Shown here in pieces: positions 53,272 to 62,433 of a DNA stretch of 64,000 nucleotides; the first letter of the stretch is position 1, and the number at the start of each line of letters is the position of its first letter. The stretch lies in the sequence record NZ_CP014093.1; one strand, given 5' to 3'. The DNA is from a plasmid. The notes under the pieces are model-generated. The model saw only the letters and a program-made list of their open reading frames with translations. It did no database searches and was not told where the DNA came from. The position numbers and the translations under genes are program-made.

Positions 53272-53985
53272 ATGAATATTACTCAATCTTTCATTTCAAA
53301 TGTCAAGAAATTAGCTAAAAAGATTCAAGTTGAACTAGGTGTTAAGCACACCCAAGCACTTGAATTAGCAGCACGAGAAGTTGGCTTCCCTAACTACCAT
53401 TCACTATTACAGCATTCGAAAAAAGCTAACAATCATAGAGCTAATATAGTTAATGCAAATAAAGGTATGGATGGGGTTAACCAAGAGTTCGCTATGGCTC
53501 AGGGGAATAGAGGTAAACAGCTTAATCCAAATCAAAACAGCTCTCTATTGGTTATATTTGATGATGATTTGATGGTAAATGAGCTAGAGTATGAAGGCAC
53601 CACTCCCAAACTTATTAGACGTAACTTTAAGGCCGAGTATCTCGATAAAGGCTTTGCAACCGATATAGGTGCAAGGATACTAAGTTTCGCTGAAGTTAAA
53701 CACCGTGACTTGGATATAGGCTATGGTTCGCAATTACACCAGTGGGGATACATCTGTGTTGAGTTCTTACGAAACAGAAACAATCCTTGGACTATTGAAG
53801 ACGCTAATGAAATTGCGAAAGAGCGCATAGGTTCGAAATTTGGCTCTTGCTACCGTGAATTCTTTTTCATCGATGGAGAATATGTAAATAACCATGTCTA
53901 TGATGAAAGAACTACAGCATTAGACCTCGAAAACGATAGACAGTACCATCCAGCAATCGATGGCTATCATGACAACTATAGCTAA
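53272..53985 (+). CDS. hypothetical protein (237 aa)
   Basis: ORF only. Confidence 0.35.
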   Translation: MNITQSFISNVKKLAKKIQVELGVKHTQALELAAREVGFPNYHSLLQHSKKANNHRANIVNANKGMDGVNQEFAMAQGNRGKQLNPNQNSSLLVIFDDDLMVNELEYEGTTPKLIRRNFKAEYLDKGFATDIGARILSFAEVKHRDLDIGYGSQLHQWGYICVEFLRNRNNPWTIEDANEIAKERIGSKFGSCYREFFFIDGEYVNNHVYDERTTALDLENDRQYHPAIDGYHDNYS

Positions 53986-54032
53986 GTGTTAACTTAACTA
54001 GTCCACTTTGAGTCAGTTGTTCTTCCTAGCTG

Positions 54033-54055
54033 ACTCATCATTGCCCCATTATTGG
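54033..54055 (+). repeat. 23-bp direct repeat, copy 2 (actcatcattgccccattattgg)
   Basis: see copy 1. Confidence 0.5.
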
Positions 54056-54363
54056 TTTCGCCAAAAAGCTCACGCACTCGGTCGGGCAAATTTCGACCAA
54101 ACATAACTAATCTGACACCCAAAACTCACAAAGAGCAAAAATGGGTGTCATTGTACTGCTCTTGGCTCAAATGAATGTACGAATTTTTAGCCTGTAAATC
54201 GCTCTGAAAGCGTCACAAACTTATGATTGCCTTGAACAAGAGTTCAAAGTCCTCGCATAGAGCGCTTGAGGTGCTTCTAAGTGGTGTTTTTGATAGCGAA
54301 CTCGCCCGTTTAACATTATGGGAATAATGAACACCGATTTTAGGTATAGCTAAGGCCCCCCCC

Positions 54364-54924
54364 CTAGTTCCAAGCGTTTAGTAAATCTGTGTATGAAGAT
54401 TGGTCTACGTGGCCTGATGCTAGTGAAGCATCAAGCGAAAGATGATATGCCTCATGAAAGCCTGATGTTGGAAAACTGTTGCCATCAACCTTGAGGTAGC
54501 CAGCCTGAATTATAGCCTTTACTTGATCGGCACTTAGACTAAGCATTTTAAGTTTGCCTATAGAGTTACCATTACTGTGGCATTTTTCTGCTGCCTTTAG
54601 CCATTTACCATTTAACCTTAACGCAGTGTCATGTAATTCCTTATCATCACATAAAAAACCAAATGAATAAGCACTAGTCGCTATAGTGAAAAATGCTTTA
54701 GAACCTTTATGAAAGCTTATCTTAGCTGTGATAACGGTTGTATTGCTTACGGTGCCATAATTATCTGTTTTATCCGTAGAGGTTAACATATTGTACTCAG
54801 AATCAAGAACCCAACGCCAAGATTGATTTGACATATCGTAGACACTGTCCTGAGTGTTCGGAACAGAGCAGCCAGTAAGTAGAATGCCTAGTGTGGTGAC
54901 TGTTATTATTGATTTTAATTTCAT
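54364..54924 (-). CDS. lipoprotein
   Basis: signal peptide with lipobox LLTGCS. Confidence 0.5.
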   Translation of the reverse strand: MKLKSIITVTTLGILLTGCSVPNTQDSVYDMSNQSWRWVLDSEYNMLTSTDKTDNYGTVSNTTVITAKISFHKGSKAFFTIATSAYSFGFLCDDKELHDTALRLNGKWLKAAEKCHSNGNSIGKLKMLSLSADQVKAIIQAGYLKVDGNSFPTSGFHEAYHLSLDASLASGHVDQSSYTDLLNAWN

Positions 54925-55004
54925 GTGTATCCCAAGCGATATTATGTACCGTGTACTTTGATGAGTAGTTCGTTATTAACCTGTTGTTATGTTAGTGGTT
55001 AAAG

Positions 55005-55358
55005 TTATACCTCTAACTTCTCTATCAATGCATGCGCAACTCGATATACATCTGATAGGTAGTGAGCTACGCAGATTTTTACATACTCTCGATCATCGTA
55101 GTCTCGACAAATTTGGGGGGCGAGTTCAACTTCAAAATCGTGAGTTAAGCTCATTGCCGTATCAATTAAATGTTGGGGTTTTTCGAAAGCTTTAACCGCA
55201 CCAAAGTCTTCACCAACTGTCGCCGTCATAATTTCATATGACGACTCTTCCCCTAAGATACGCAACAATACTTGGTCTTGGTATACCACAATAAACTTTT
55301 CTGCTGCTTCTAAACAACGTTTATCTGATTTTCTGATATCAAAAATTGCTTCTTTCAT
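55005..55358 (-). CDS. hypothetical protein (117 aa)
   Basis: ORF only. Confidence 0.3.
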   Translation of the reverse strand: MKEAIFDIRKSDKRCLEAAEKFIVVYQDQVLLRILGEESSYEIMTATVGEDFGAVKAFEKPQHLIDTAMSLTHDFEVELAPQICRDYDDREYVKICVAHYLSDVYRVAHALIEKLEV

Positions 55359-55789
55359 CTATAACATCTCTGAAAAGATAACTAGCCTGTAGGATTTCTC
55401 AGTCGCCATTTTCTAACCGTCTTCTACATTAAAGTGTCAAACAGAATGGGCCTCAAACCTATCTAGATTTCACGCAGAAACGCGTTTTTTCATTTAAAAT
55501 CGCTTTCATTTAGTCCCGTAAGACTTGTAATCCGCACATAAACCAATCTTTCTGTTAGTGCGATTTTACTCATCGCACTGGCTCGTAACAACTAGCTTTG
55601 TCATACCTGTAGTTATCCATGAATTGCTAATTTAGGGGAAGCGCTAGCACGTTTATGTCCAAAAGTGAGTTTCGGTCTTTGTTGTCCATCGACAATAACA
55701 AAGTTTAAATCGCGTGCCTGATTGGTTTGAGTTAAGATTCACCAAGCCTATCCCCTATCTCAAAATGCGCCGCCACTACCGGAGCGGCC

Positions 55790-56350
55790 ATGACACCGAT
55801 TGAACTACTCGAAGACGTGAAAGCGAGATTCCCTATCTTGCTACACGACGACAAAAAGGCGCTGTTAAGCCTACTGCGTAAAGCGCTGGCCAAGTACCAA
55901 GAGATTGCCGGATTTACCACTAAAACCCGCATCCAACAAAGCGACTTAGCCGATAACAATCAGTTTGAATTACCGTCCGACTTTGCTGCAAGGTTGGTGG
56001 TCAAAGATGACCGTGGCCGTTATGTGCGTAGCGAGGTTTGGGGCAACGTTCTTGAACTGAAATTAACGGGCGCAGAAACATTCCCACTGACATTGATGTA
56101 CATGCAAAACGTACTCAATGAGCCGTTTGATTCATTCCAGCTTCCAACGCCGTGCATTAGCTTGCTTGGCGATTATCTGGAATTGCTGATCACTATCCCG
56201 AACGCAGAGCGTCAACGCCGGATTGCCATCGCTGGCAAGTTAGATGTGACCGATATCGCTACCGAACCTGACCTAGCCGCACGTAAAGCCGAGATTGAAA
56301 ACTCAATGCGCACGAACCGTGCCATTGTTCCACCAGTATCGTTGCTCTAA
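55790..56350 (+). CDS. candidate head-tail connector/adaptor protein (gp6-like)
   Basis: N-terminus MTPIELLEDVKARFPILLHDDKKALLSLLRKALAKYQEIAGF resembles the MLTLEEAKAHLRVDHDDEDALIESLIAAAREYAE... opening of HK97 gp6-type adaptors. Confidence 0.35.
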   Translation: MTPIELLEDVKARFPILLHDDKKALLSLLRKALAKYQEIAGFTTKTRIQQSDLADNNQFELPSDFAARLVVKDDRGRYVRSEVWGNVLELKLTGAETFPLTLMYMQNVLNEPFDSFQLPTPCISLLGDYLELLITIPNAERQRRIAIAGKLDVTDIATEPDLAARKAEIENSMRTNRAIVPPVSLL

Positions 56351-56361
56351 GCGAGGCCGCC

Positions 56362-56877
56362 ATGAATCCATACATGCAGCTCGCCAAACGCGCGACCAAT
56401 AACTTTATGAATAAGCCGTGGCTGCAAGGCTGGCAATGGGCGGTAGAAATCGACTCGCCGGACGCGCCAACGGACTTTGATATTTACGTAAAGGATATTG
56501 ATTTTGGTGCTGGCTCTATCGATGCGGATTCATTCCAAGTCGGTTCTGGCTCGATTGCGCTGCCTACATACAGCAGCGTTGGCGAAATCACGCTAACGGT
56601 TCGTGATGACCAAAACCTGACTATCTCCAAGTGGTTTGAAAACCGAATCAAGAAAGTCAGAAACCAAGACGGCACACTCAACATCCCTAAAGAGTACGTG
56701 TTTAAGGTCAACATTTTTACGCTCAACGAGGACGGCAAAAAGTCACTCTATAAGAGCTATCAAGTCTTTCCTACCAAGATTGGAAACGTGATGTTTTCAC
56801 GCGAAAACGGCAACCAGATCCAGTCATTCCCGCTCATTCTCCAAAAATTTATGTCTGTAGGTAACAAGGTACTGTAA
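56362..56877 (+). CDS. tail tube-family protein (T4 gp19 / eCIS tube-like)
   Basis: WQWAVEIDSP...FQVGSGSIALPTYSSVGEITLTVRDDQNLTISKWF parallels the F.VEIDG...F.EVSGL...G.ITLKRG...W pattern of gp19-family tubes. Confidence 0.5.
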   Translation: MNPYMQLAKRATNNFMNKPWLQGWQWAVEIDSPDAPTDFDIYVKDIDFGAGSIDADSFQVGSGSIALPTYSSVGEITLTVRDDQNLTISKWFENRIKKVRNQDGTLNIPKEYVFKVNIFTLNEDGKKSLYKSYQVFPTKIGNVMFSRENGNQIQSFPLILQKFMSVGNKVL

Positions 56878-57689
56878 TGCACATTCCATCATTTCCACTA
56901 CCAAGTAACATTTCAGAAGTGATTGAGTTTCGAGTCCCAACCGTGGAAGACGCTCTATTGTTCTGCGACCTCAACGAGTACCAAGAGGAAGCCAACACAA
57001 CTCGCTATCTGAACCACATGCAAGACACCAGTAAGCGCCCTATGAGTGATAGCGGCCTATGGACTGGTGAAGATCGCCGCGCAGCATTGTGGTGGATTTT
57101 TATGTCCACCAGCGAGCTAGGCACTATTCCCTTTAGCTATGAGTGCGAGCACTGCAAAAAAACTCACTATCTCGATCTCAATATGGGCGAGCTAATGGAA
57201 TCGGCCAAAGCGCTCAATGGATTGCCAAAACAAGAGATCACCTTAAGCGTGAAAGGCAAGTCATACCTAGCGAACGTGAAACCACTAACCGGTTACGAAG
57301 CGGAGCAACTTGAGAACATTCGCAATGAGCGCGACCAGTACGAACCGGACAGCGCTGAATGGAAGCAGCAAGCGAATCACATGGCGCTCACTGAGCTGGC
57401 CTACTGCCTAACGTTCGAAGATCAACCCAAAGACCAAGACGATGCCCTAGTGTGGAAAATCGACCTATTGAAATCGATGTACCTCAACACGGAATTTCGT
57501 GTGGCCTTTGCCAAGGTTGAAAAGTGCCTACGCAATGCGCGTCACGGATTGCTCACCAAGTACGACGAGGGGCGTTACTACCTAGTCGCCACCATTCCGC
57601 AGTGCCAGAAAGTTATCGAGCAAGGAGGTGAAGCAACTCGAACGTTGCTCTTACCCTTTCGGCATAACGACTTCATTACAACGTTTTGA
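56877..57689 (+). CDS. tail assembly chaperone candidate, immediately upstream of the tape measure gene
   Basis: position; the overlapping +1-frame ORF 57628..57843 bridges into the tape measure region. Confidence 0.35.
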   Translation: MHIPSFPLPSNISEVIEFRVPTVEDALLFCDLNEYQEEANTTRYLNHMQDTSKRPMSDSGLWTGEDRRAALWWIFMSTSELGTIPFSYECEHCKKTHYLDLNMGELMESAKALNGLPKQEITLSVKGKSYLANVKPLTGYEAEQLENIRNERDQYEPDSAEWKQQANHMALTELAYCLTFEDQPKDQDDALVWKIDLLKSMYLNTEFRVAFAKVEKCLRNARHGLLTKYDEGRYYLVATIPQCQKVIEQGGEATRTLLLPFRHNDFITTF

Positions 57690-57843
57690 TTACGTTGGTT
57701 GGAACGTACTGATTGAGAACTTAACGATCTACGGTGGCCAGCCTATCGATGCGGTATTCAAAACACCTCAAACGATGGCCATAAGCCTAGATAAAGCGCT
57801 CCAAGACAAGGTGAAAAATGGACAGAAACCAACAAGAGGTTGA
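57628..57843 (+). CDS. +1-frame ORF overlapping the chaperone 3' end: candidate programmed-frameshift extension (G/GT or E/E' analogue)
   Basis: frame arrangement 0 / +1 / +2 across 57628-57843. Confidence 0.3.
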   Translation: MKQLERCSYPFGITTSLQRFDYVGWNVLIENLTIYGGQPIDAVFKTPQTMAISLDKALQDKVKNGQKPTRG

Positions 57844-60532
57844 TCTTTCACTGGTTGTTGATGCAGTGAAGCGAGCCAGTGACAAAGAGCTGACCGTGCT
57901 ATCTGAGATTAGTCGCAAACTCGATGGCAAGACTCTACCAACGAGCCAACAAAAGGCCGTCCTTGCAGTGGATACTAAGGGCATCGAAAAGGCGGTAACT
58001 AAGGGCGTTTCCAATGCCTCTCTTAACGCCTATACCATTCCGAGCATTAATCCACAAAAAGGATCAAAACAAAAATCAAGTGGCACACCTAAACCAAGTG
58101 CAACCAAGACCAAGCGTACAGGTGAAATTGAGTTGTCATTTGCGCCTAGTCAGCCAGCAGAAACACAAGCCAAGCCGGACGCCAAAGCGATCGAGCAAAG
58201 CAGCTCTGTAAGTGGCGTAAAGTCGATTGCTGACACGCTGAAAAGCGAGGACGCGCGCGAGCCAGTAAAACAAGCGCCCGTTGTCGTGAATGTAGAAGCG
58301 CCAGAATCCAATTCTGAACGTTTGGATACCTCAATCCTTGATGATGTGCCAGAGAAGTTAGAAAAGGCTGTCTCTGACGCACTGGCAGAGTTTGAGGGCT
58401 ATTGGGAAGACGCTAACGGCAAGCTTCGACGCTCCGATGGTCGCTATGCGAGTAAGCAAGAGCAATCGGCTTACAAGAACGCACAGCAAACCGTATTAGA
58501 GCGCCAAATTGAAAAGCAAACCGACACGGAAAAGGAAAGCCAGAACGTTTTTGCCAAGGTGGCCACCAGCCTTAAGCAACTGGCCATCAATAACGTGAAA
58601 GAGTTCCTACAGGAAGAAAACGACGCGACCGATGCGGTTGGCGCTGCGGCTGGTGGTTCGTTCTTCTACTCCGCTAAAGAGCTTTATCACTTGGGGCAAG
58701 ACGCTAAAGAAGCATTGGATGATGTGACTGAAAAAGCCACCTCAACCAAGGACAAGCTAAAAGAATCGAAACTAGGCCGACTCTTTACCCGAGGCAAGCA
58801 AGCGCCAGAGGCAGACAGTCAGGCCATCACAGCCATAGAGACAGTTAGCCATGAACAACTATCAGCGACAAAAGATTCGTTCGAGACGAACCACTCAACT
58901 CAAGTTACGCCTAGTGATCGACCTAGCCGTGATGATGCTAGGGGTAACGTGCCTGTCAATCTTGTTGGGAGTGATTCTAGCCGGATAAGCACAGCTAGTG
59001 AGATCAAAAGCACCAAAGAACAGAGCTACCGAGCAAACATGCTTGAAGTGCTCCATGAATCGAGTGCTGATCGTGAACGCCAATTCGATGATGTACTAGA
59101 TAAGCTCGATGATCTGATTTCGGCAACCAAAGCAGTGGCGAACGATGGCCAAGGTGGCCTATTAGACCTAGCTGGCGATATGTTTGAACGCCGCCGTGCT
59201 GGTGGACGTGCTGGCCGTAAAGCGGGTGGCAAACGTGGCCGAATCAAATCGGTAATGTCAGGCATTGGCAGCAAAGCCTCAAACGTGGCCAACAAGGGCG
59301 TATCGATGGCGGGTGCCGCCTTTAAAGGTATGTCTAAAATCGGCTCTGTTGCTGGCAAGGCGATCCCTTTCCTTGCTCCGGCCTTAATGGCCTACGATGC
59401 GTTTAGCGGATTCACTGACAAAGACAAACAGAAAGAGACGTTCAACCTCAAAGATGGCCAAGAGGCGACAACTGGCCAGAAAAGCTCAATGGCATTGGCA
59501 AACGCGCTCGATTTGGGTGGCCTAGTCAGTGGCGGTGCTGGTTTGCTTGGTTCGGCGCTTGGGGCGTTCGGTTTTGATGGTGCTAAGGAAGCATTGACCT
59601 TTGATTCTGGTGATATGGCCAAGGGCATTTACAAGCTGTTTGGCGGCGAGATCGAGGGAGAAACAACGGCTAAGAGTTCTAAATTCGAAAGCGAGACCAA
59701 TCACTCTAAGAGTGAAAGAGCTCAATCAGAGAAAGAAGAACACCTTAAAAGCGCCGAAGCCTACCACACTGCTAAAGCGTCCAATGACAGCCAAACCATG
59801 CGCGAACTTGATGCGAAAAACTCAATTCAAGTGACCTCTCAAGAGGTATCGCAAAAGGCCAGCGAGCAAGGGATTAGCTACAAAGAAGCTTACTTAGCTG
59901 TAGAAAGAGAAAAACGTATTAGCCAGGACAAACGTGTGCAAGTGGCTAATGAAACAGGCATGGATATGTCCGGCATGGTCGAGCATCCCGAGCTTGGCCA
60001 AGTTTACTCGCCAGATAAGAAAGCTGAACAAGTGGCCGCCGTCGATGCGGAGATCAAACGCCGTAAAGAGGCTGAGGCCGTAGCCGCACTAACCAAGGCT
60101 GCAAACAACACGCAAACCAACAGCGTAACCACAGCCAGCCATGAATCATCCATCAATACCGAGCTAAGTAACCAGAAAACGGACACTCAATCCGTGGTGA
60201 AAGTGGACACCGAAAACACCTCGAATAAGACGGTTGCGACTCAATCATCCATTCAACGCAATGAGCGAGTTAGCGAGCTGCAAGCACAGGCAGCAATGAA
60301 AGACCTCAAAGAGAGCGGCAAGCCTCAAACCGTGGAACTTAGCAAACATTCACTGGATGCCATTGGGCGCGCGGTTAGCGGTAGTGATAACAACAAACCG
60401 ACCACTATCTTTGCAGCGCCTAGCGGCAGCTCAAGCAAAGACAAGCCAGCGTCAGCCACTAAGGCTAGCGGCTCTATTCCTCTCAACTTTGATGACCGTT
60501 CGTTACAGCGTCAAAGCGCTGATATGGAGTAA
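57818..60532 (+). CDS. tail tape measure protein
   Basis: 904 aa, Ala/Lys/Glu-rich and largely helical, with a central Gly-rich hydrophobic block (GKRGRIKSVMSGIGSKASNVANKGVSMAGAAFKGMSKIGSVAGKAIPFLAPALMAYDAFSGF). Confidence 0.8.
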   Translation: MDRNQQEVDLSLVVDAVKRASDKELTVLSEISRKLDGKTLPTSQQKAVLAVDTKGIEKAVTKGVSNASLNAYTIPSINPQKGSKQKSSGTPKPSATKTKRTGEIELSFAPSQPAETQAKPDAKAIEQSSSVSGVKSIADTLKSEDAREPVKQAPVVVNVEAPESNSERLDTSILDDVPEKLEKAVSDALAEFEGYWEDANGKLRRSDGRYASKQEQSAYKNAQQTVLERQIEKQTDTEKESQNVFAKVATSLKQLAINNVKEFLQEENDATDAVGAAAGGSFFYSAKELYHLGQDAKEALDDVTEKATSTKDKLKESKLGRLFTRGKQAPEADSQAITAIETVSHEQLSATKDSFETNHSTQVTPSDRPSRDDARGNVPVNLVGSDSSRISTASEIKSTKEQSYRANMLEVLHESSADRERQFDDVLDKLDDLISATKAVANDGQGGLLDLAGDMFERRRAGGRAGRKAGGKRGRIKSVMSGIGSKASNVANKGVSMAGAAFKGMSKIGSVAGKAIPFLAPALMAYDAFSGFTDKDKQKETFNLKDGQEATTGQKSSMALANALDLGGLVSGGAGLLGSALGAFGFDGAKEALTFDSGDMAKGIYKLFGGEIEGETTAKSSKFESETNHSKSERAQSEKEEHLKSAEAYHTAKASNDSQTMRELDAKNSIQVTSQEVSQKASEQGISYKEAYLAVEREKRISQDKRVQVANETGMDMSGMVEHPELGQVYSPDKKAEQVAAVDAEIKRRKEAEAVAALTKAANNTQTNSVTTASHESSINTELSNQKTDTQSVVKVDTENTSNKTVATQSSIQRNERVSELQAQAAMKDLKESGKPQTVELSKHSLDAIGRAVSGSDNNKPTTIFAAPSGSSSKDKPASATKASGSIPLNFDDRSLQRQSADME

Positions 60533-60535
60533 TAG

Positions 60536-60883
60536 ATGAGCCAAGAAATTGATTACTTACTACGGGTCGATATTGACGGTGTAAAGGTGGCCGATGAGAA
60601 ACACGCGATCGTTGCGCGCGTCTCTGAATGGCTCGATACACCTCAAGGCCAAGTTTGGGGCGCTCCCAAATGGGGCAACAGATTAGGGGCATACAAGCAT
60701 GAACCAATAAACGAAACCACAGCAGCAGCTATCGAAAACTCAATCCTATTAACCCTCCCAATTGACGTGAAAGACGCGGTGGTTCAAGGCATTGCCGTAG
60801 AGCCAAGCGTGAACGGTATCGATGCCTACAAATTGACGATCGTTGTGAACGGTCAAACGTTGGAGAGAGGTATTACGTTTTGA
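60536..60883 (+). CDS. baseplate wedge protein, gp25 / GPW-like
   Basis: 115 aa; AIVARVSEWLDTPQGQVWGAPKWGNRLGAYKHEP matches the gp25-family core (...L.T..GER...P.FG..L.......). Confidence 0.55.
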   Translation: MSQEIDYLLRVDIDGVKVADEKHAIVARVSEWLDTPQGQVWGAPKWGNRLGAYKHEPINETTAAAIENSILLTLPIDVKDAVVQGIAVEPSVNGIDAYKLTIVVNGQTLERGITF

Positions 60884-62277
60884 GCAAGTTAGAAGAAGTC
60901 AAAAAGACCTTTAACGAGGCGATTGCTGGTTCAAGCTGGTGGTCGCGTCATATTGGTTCGCAGTTCGTTGACTACCTTTGCTTATTTGTGGCCAAGATTG
61001 TTGAACGCATGGCAGCAATCAGTAGCCGTGCATTGCAAGAATCCTACCTAACGCTAGCCACTAAACGCACCTCCATTTTGGCGGGTGCTGAAACTGAGGG
61101 CTATGTAGGGCGAAAAGCAGCGCCATCGAAAGGCCGTGCGCTAGTGACCAATACCGGAACAAAGCGCGTTACCTTGCCGAAATACAGCCAATGCGTGGCT
61201 GACAATCAATTGCGCTATACGCTAATGGAAGCCATTGATCTTATGCCGCAAGAAAGCGCCGCAGTAGAGGTGCAACAGTTCGAAGTATCCAAGATGACCT
61301 ACACGGTCGATGAAGGAAAAAACTGGTTGGCCGTGGCGTTCCCTCAAGAGCTGACTAAGCGTATTCATAACATCATCGTGCGCGTGAACGGAGAAGAATG
61401 GACGCACGTCTTTAAGTTTCGTAATACGGACGGCAAATCCAAAGCCTACATGGAGTATTACAAGCCAACCGACCAGCTAGGCGTTCGTTTTGGTAACAAC
61501 AATAACGGTCGTGCGCCAGCGACAGGTGATGTAATTGAGTTTGAGCTATGGCTGACTAATGGTGTGACTACCCTACTCGATGCGCAGTATTTAGAGCTTA
61601 TCGATATGGGGATTCAAAGCGCCTATAAAGACCAGCTCTCAATCAAAACGTCCACCAGTATTATCGGCGGTGCAGAGCCGGAAGACATTGAGTCAATCCG
61701 AAACAACGCCCTTTACTCGCCAATCTATGACGAGCAGATAGCGTGGGACTCGGATTACATGACCTTTGTTAAGCGCAATATTTCTGGTGTTACTTGGTTG
61801 TCGATTTGGGGCGAAGCGGAGCAGGAAAAACTCACAGGAACGCCGGACGTTCGCAACATCAATACGATCTTTATTTGTGCTTACTCTGCCGATAAAACCG
61901 ACGAGATTTTGAATCAGGAAATCCAAGTTCTATTCGCTGGCCGAGAGGGCTATAACGAGCGCTATAAGCTGGTGGAGCGTAAGGACGTGCCATTTACCGT
62001 GACGGTCAAAGGTAAGCTTTACCCAAGTTCAAATCCAGAATGGGCGACAAAGGTACTGGCCGATGCGTTAGATGAGAAATTTGGCAAACAGACAAGTCGC
62101 AATGAGCGCATTACCAAAAACCAAATTTGGGATGCGATCCAAGAGCTCAACGTGACTTTGGGCATTAAAGAGTTTGAGGTTGAAGTCGTTGGGATTCTTG
62201 ACCGCATCCCGATTGATACTTACCACTATTTAGATGTGAATGCGTCAACCATTCAACTGAACTTCGATTACTCATAG
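60880..62277 (+). CDS. baseplate J-like protein (gpJ/gp6 family candidate)
   Basis: 465 aa directly following, and overlapping, the gp25-like gene. Confidence 0.4.
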   Translation: MSKLEEVKKTFNEAIAGSSWWSRHIGSQFVDYLCLFVAKIVERMAAISSRALQESYLTLATKRTSILAGAETEGYVGRKAAPSKGRALVTNTGTKRVTLPKYSQCVADNQLRYTLMEAIDLMPQESAAVEVQQFEVSKMTYTVDEGKNWLAVAFPQELTKRIHNIIVRVNGEEWTHVFKFRNTDGKSKAYMEYYKPTDQLGVRFGNNNNGRAPATGDVIEFELWLTNGVTTLLDAQYLELIDMGIQSAYKDQLSIKTSTSIIGGAEPEDIESIRNNALYSPIYDEQIAWDSDYMTFVKRNISGVTWLSIWGEAEQEKLTGTPDVRNINTIFICAYSADKTDEILNQEIQVLFAGREGYNERYKLVERKDVPFTVTVKGKLYPSSNPEWATKVLADALDEKFGKQTSRNERITKNQIWDAIQELNVTLGIKEFEVEVVGILDRIPIDTYHYLDVNASTIQLNFDYS

Positions 62278-62278
62278 A

Positions 62279-62410
62279 AGTTTTCGCACGGAGCAAGAAA
62301 GACACGGATGTTTTCGCATGCGAGAACTTTAAAACACAACACACTATATAGTTTTCGCATGCGAGAACTTTAAGAAACATCATCCCGTATAGTTTTCGCA
62401 TGCGAAAACT
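62279..62410 (+). repeat. three tandem ~41-bp repeats (plus a partial fourth), each centred on the 18-bp palindrome GTTTTCGCATGCGA(A/G)AAC
   Basis: palindrome at 62310-62327, 62351-62368 and 62392-62409 (the last one perfect); partial copy at 62279-62294. Confidence 0.7.
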
Positions 62411-62433
62411 TTTACACCAATAAGGCGAAAAAC

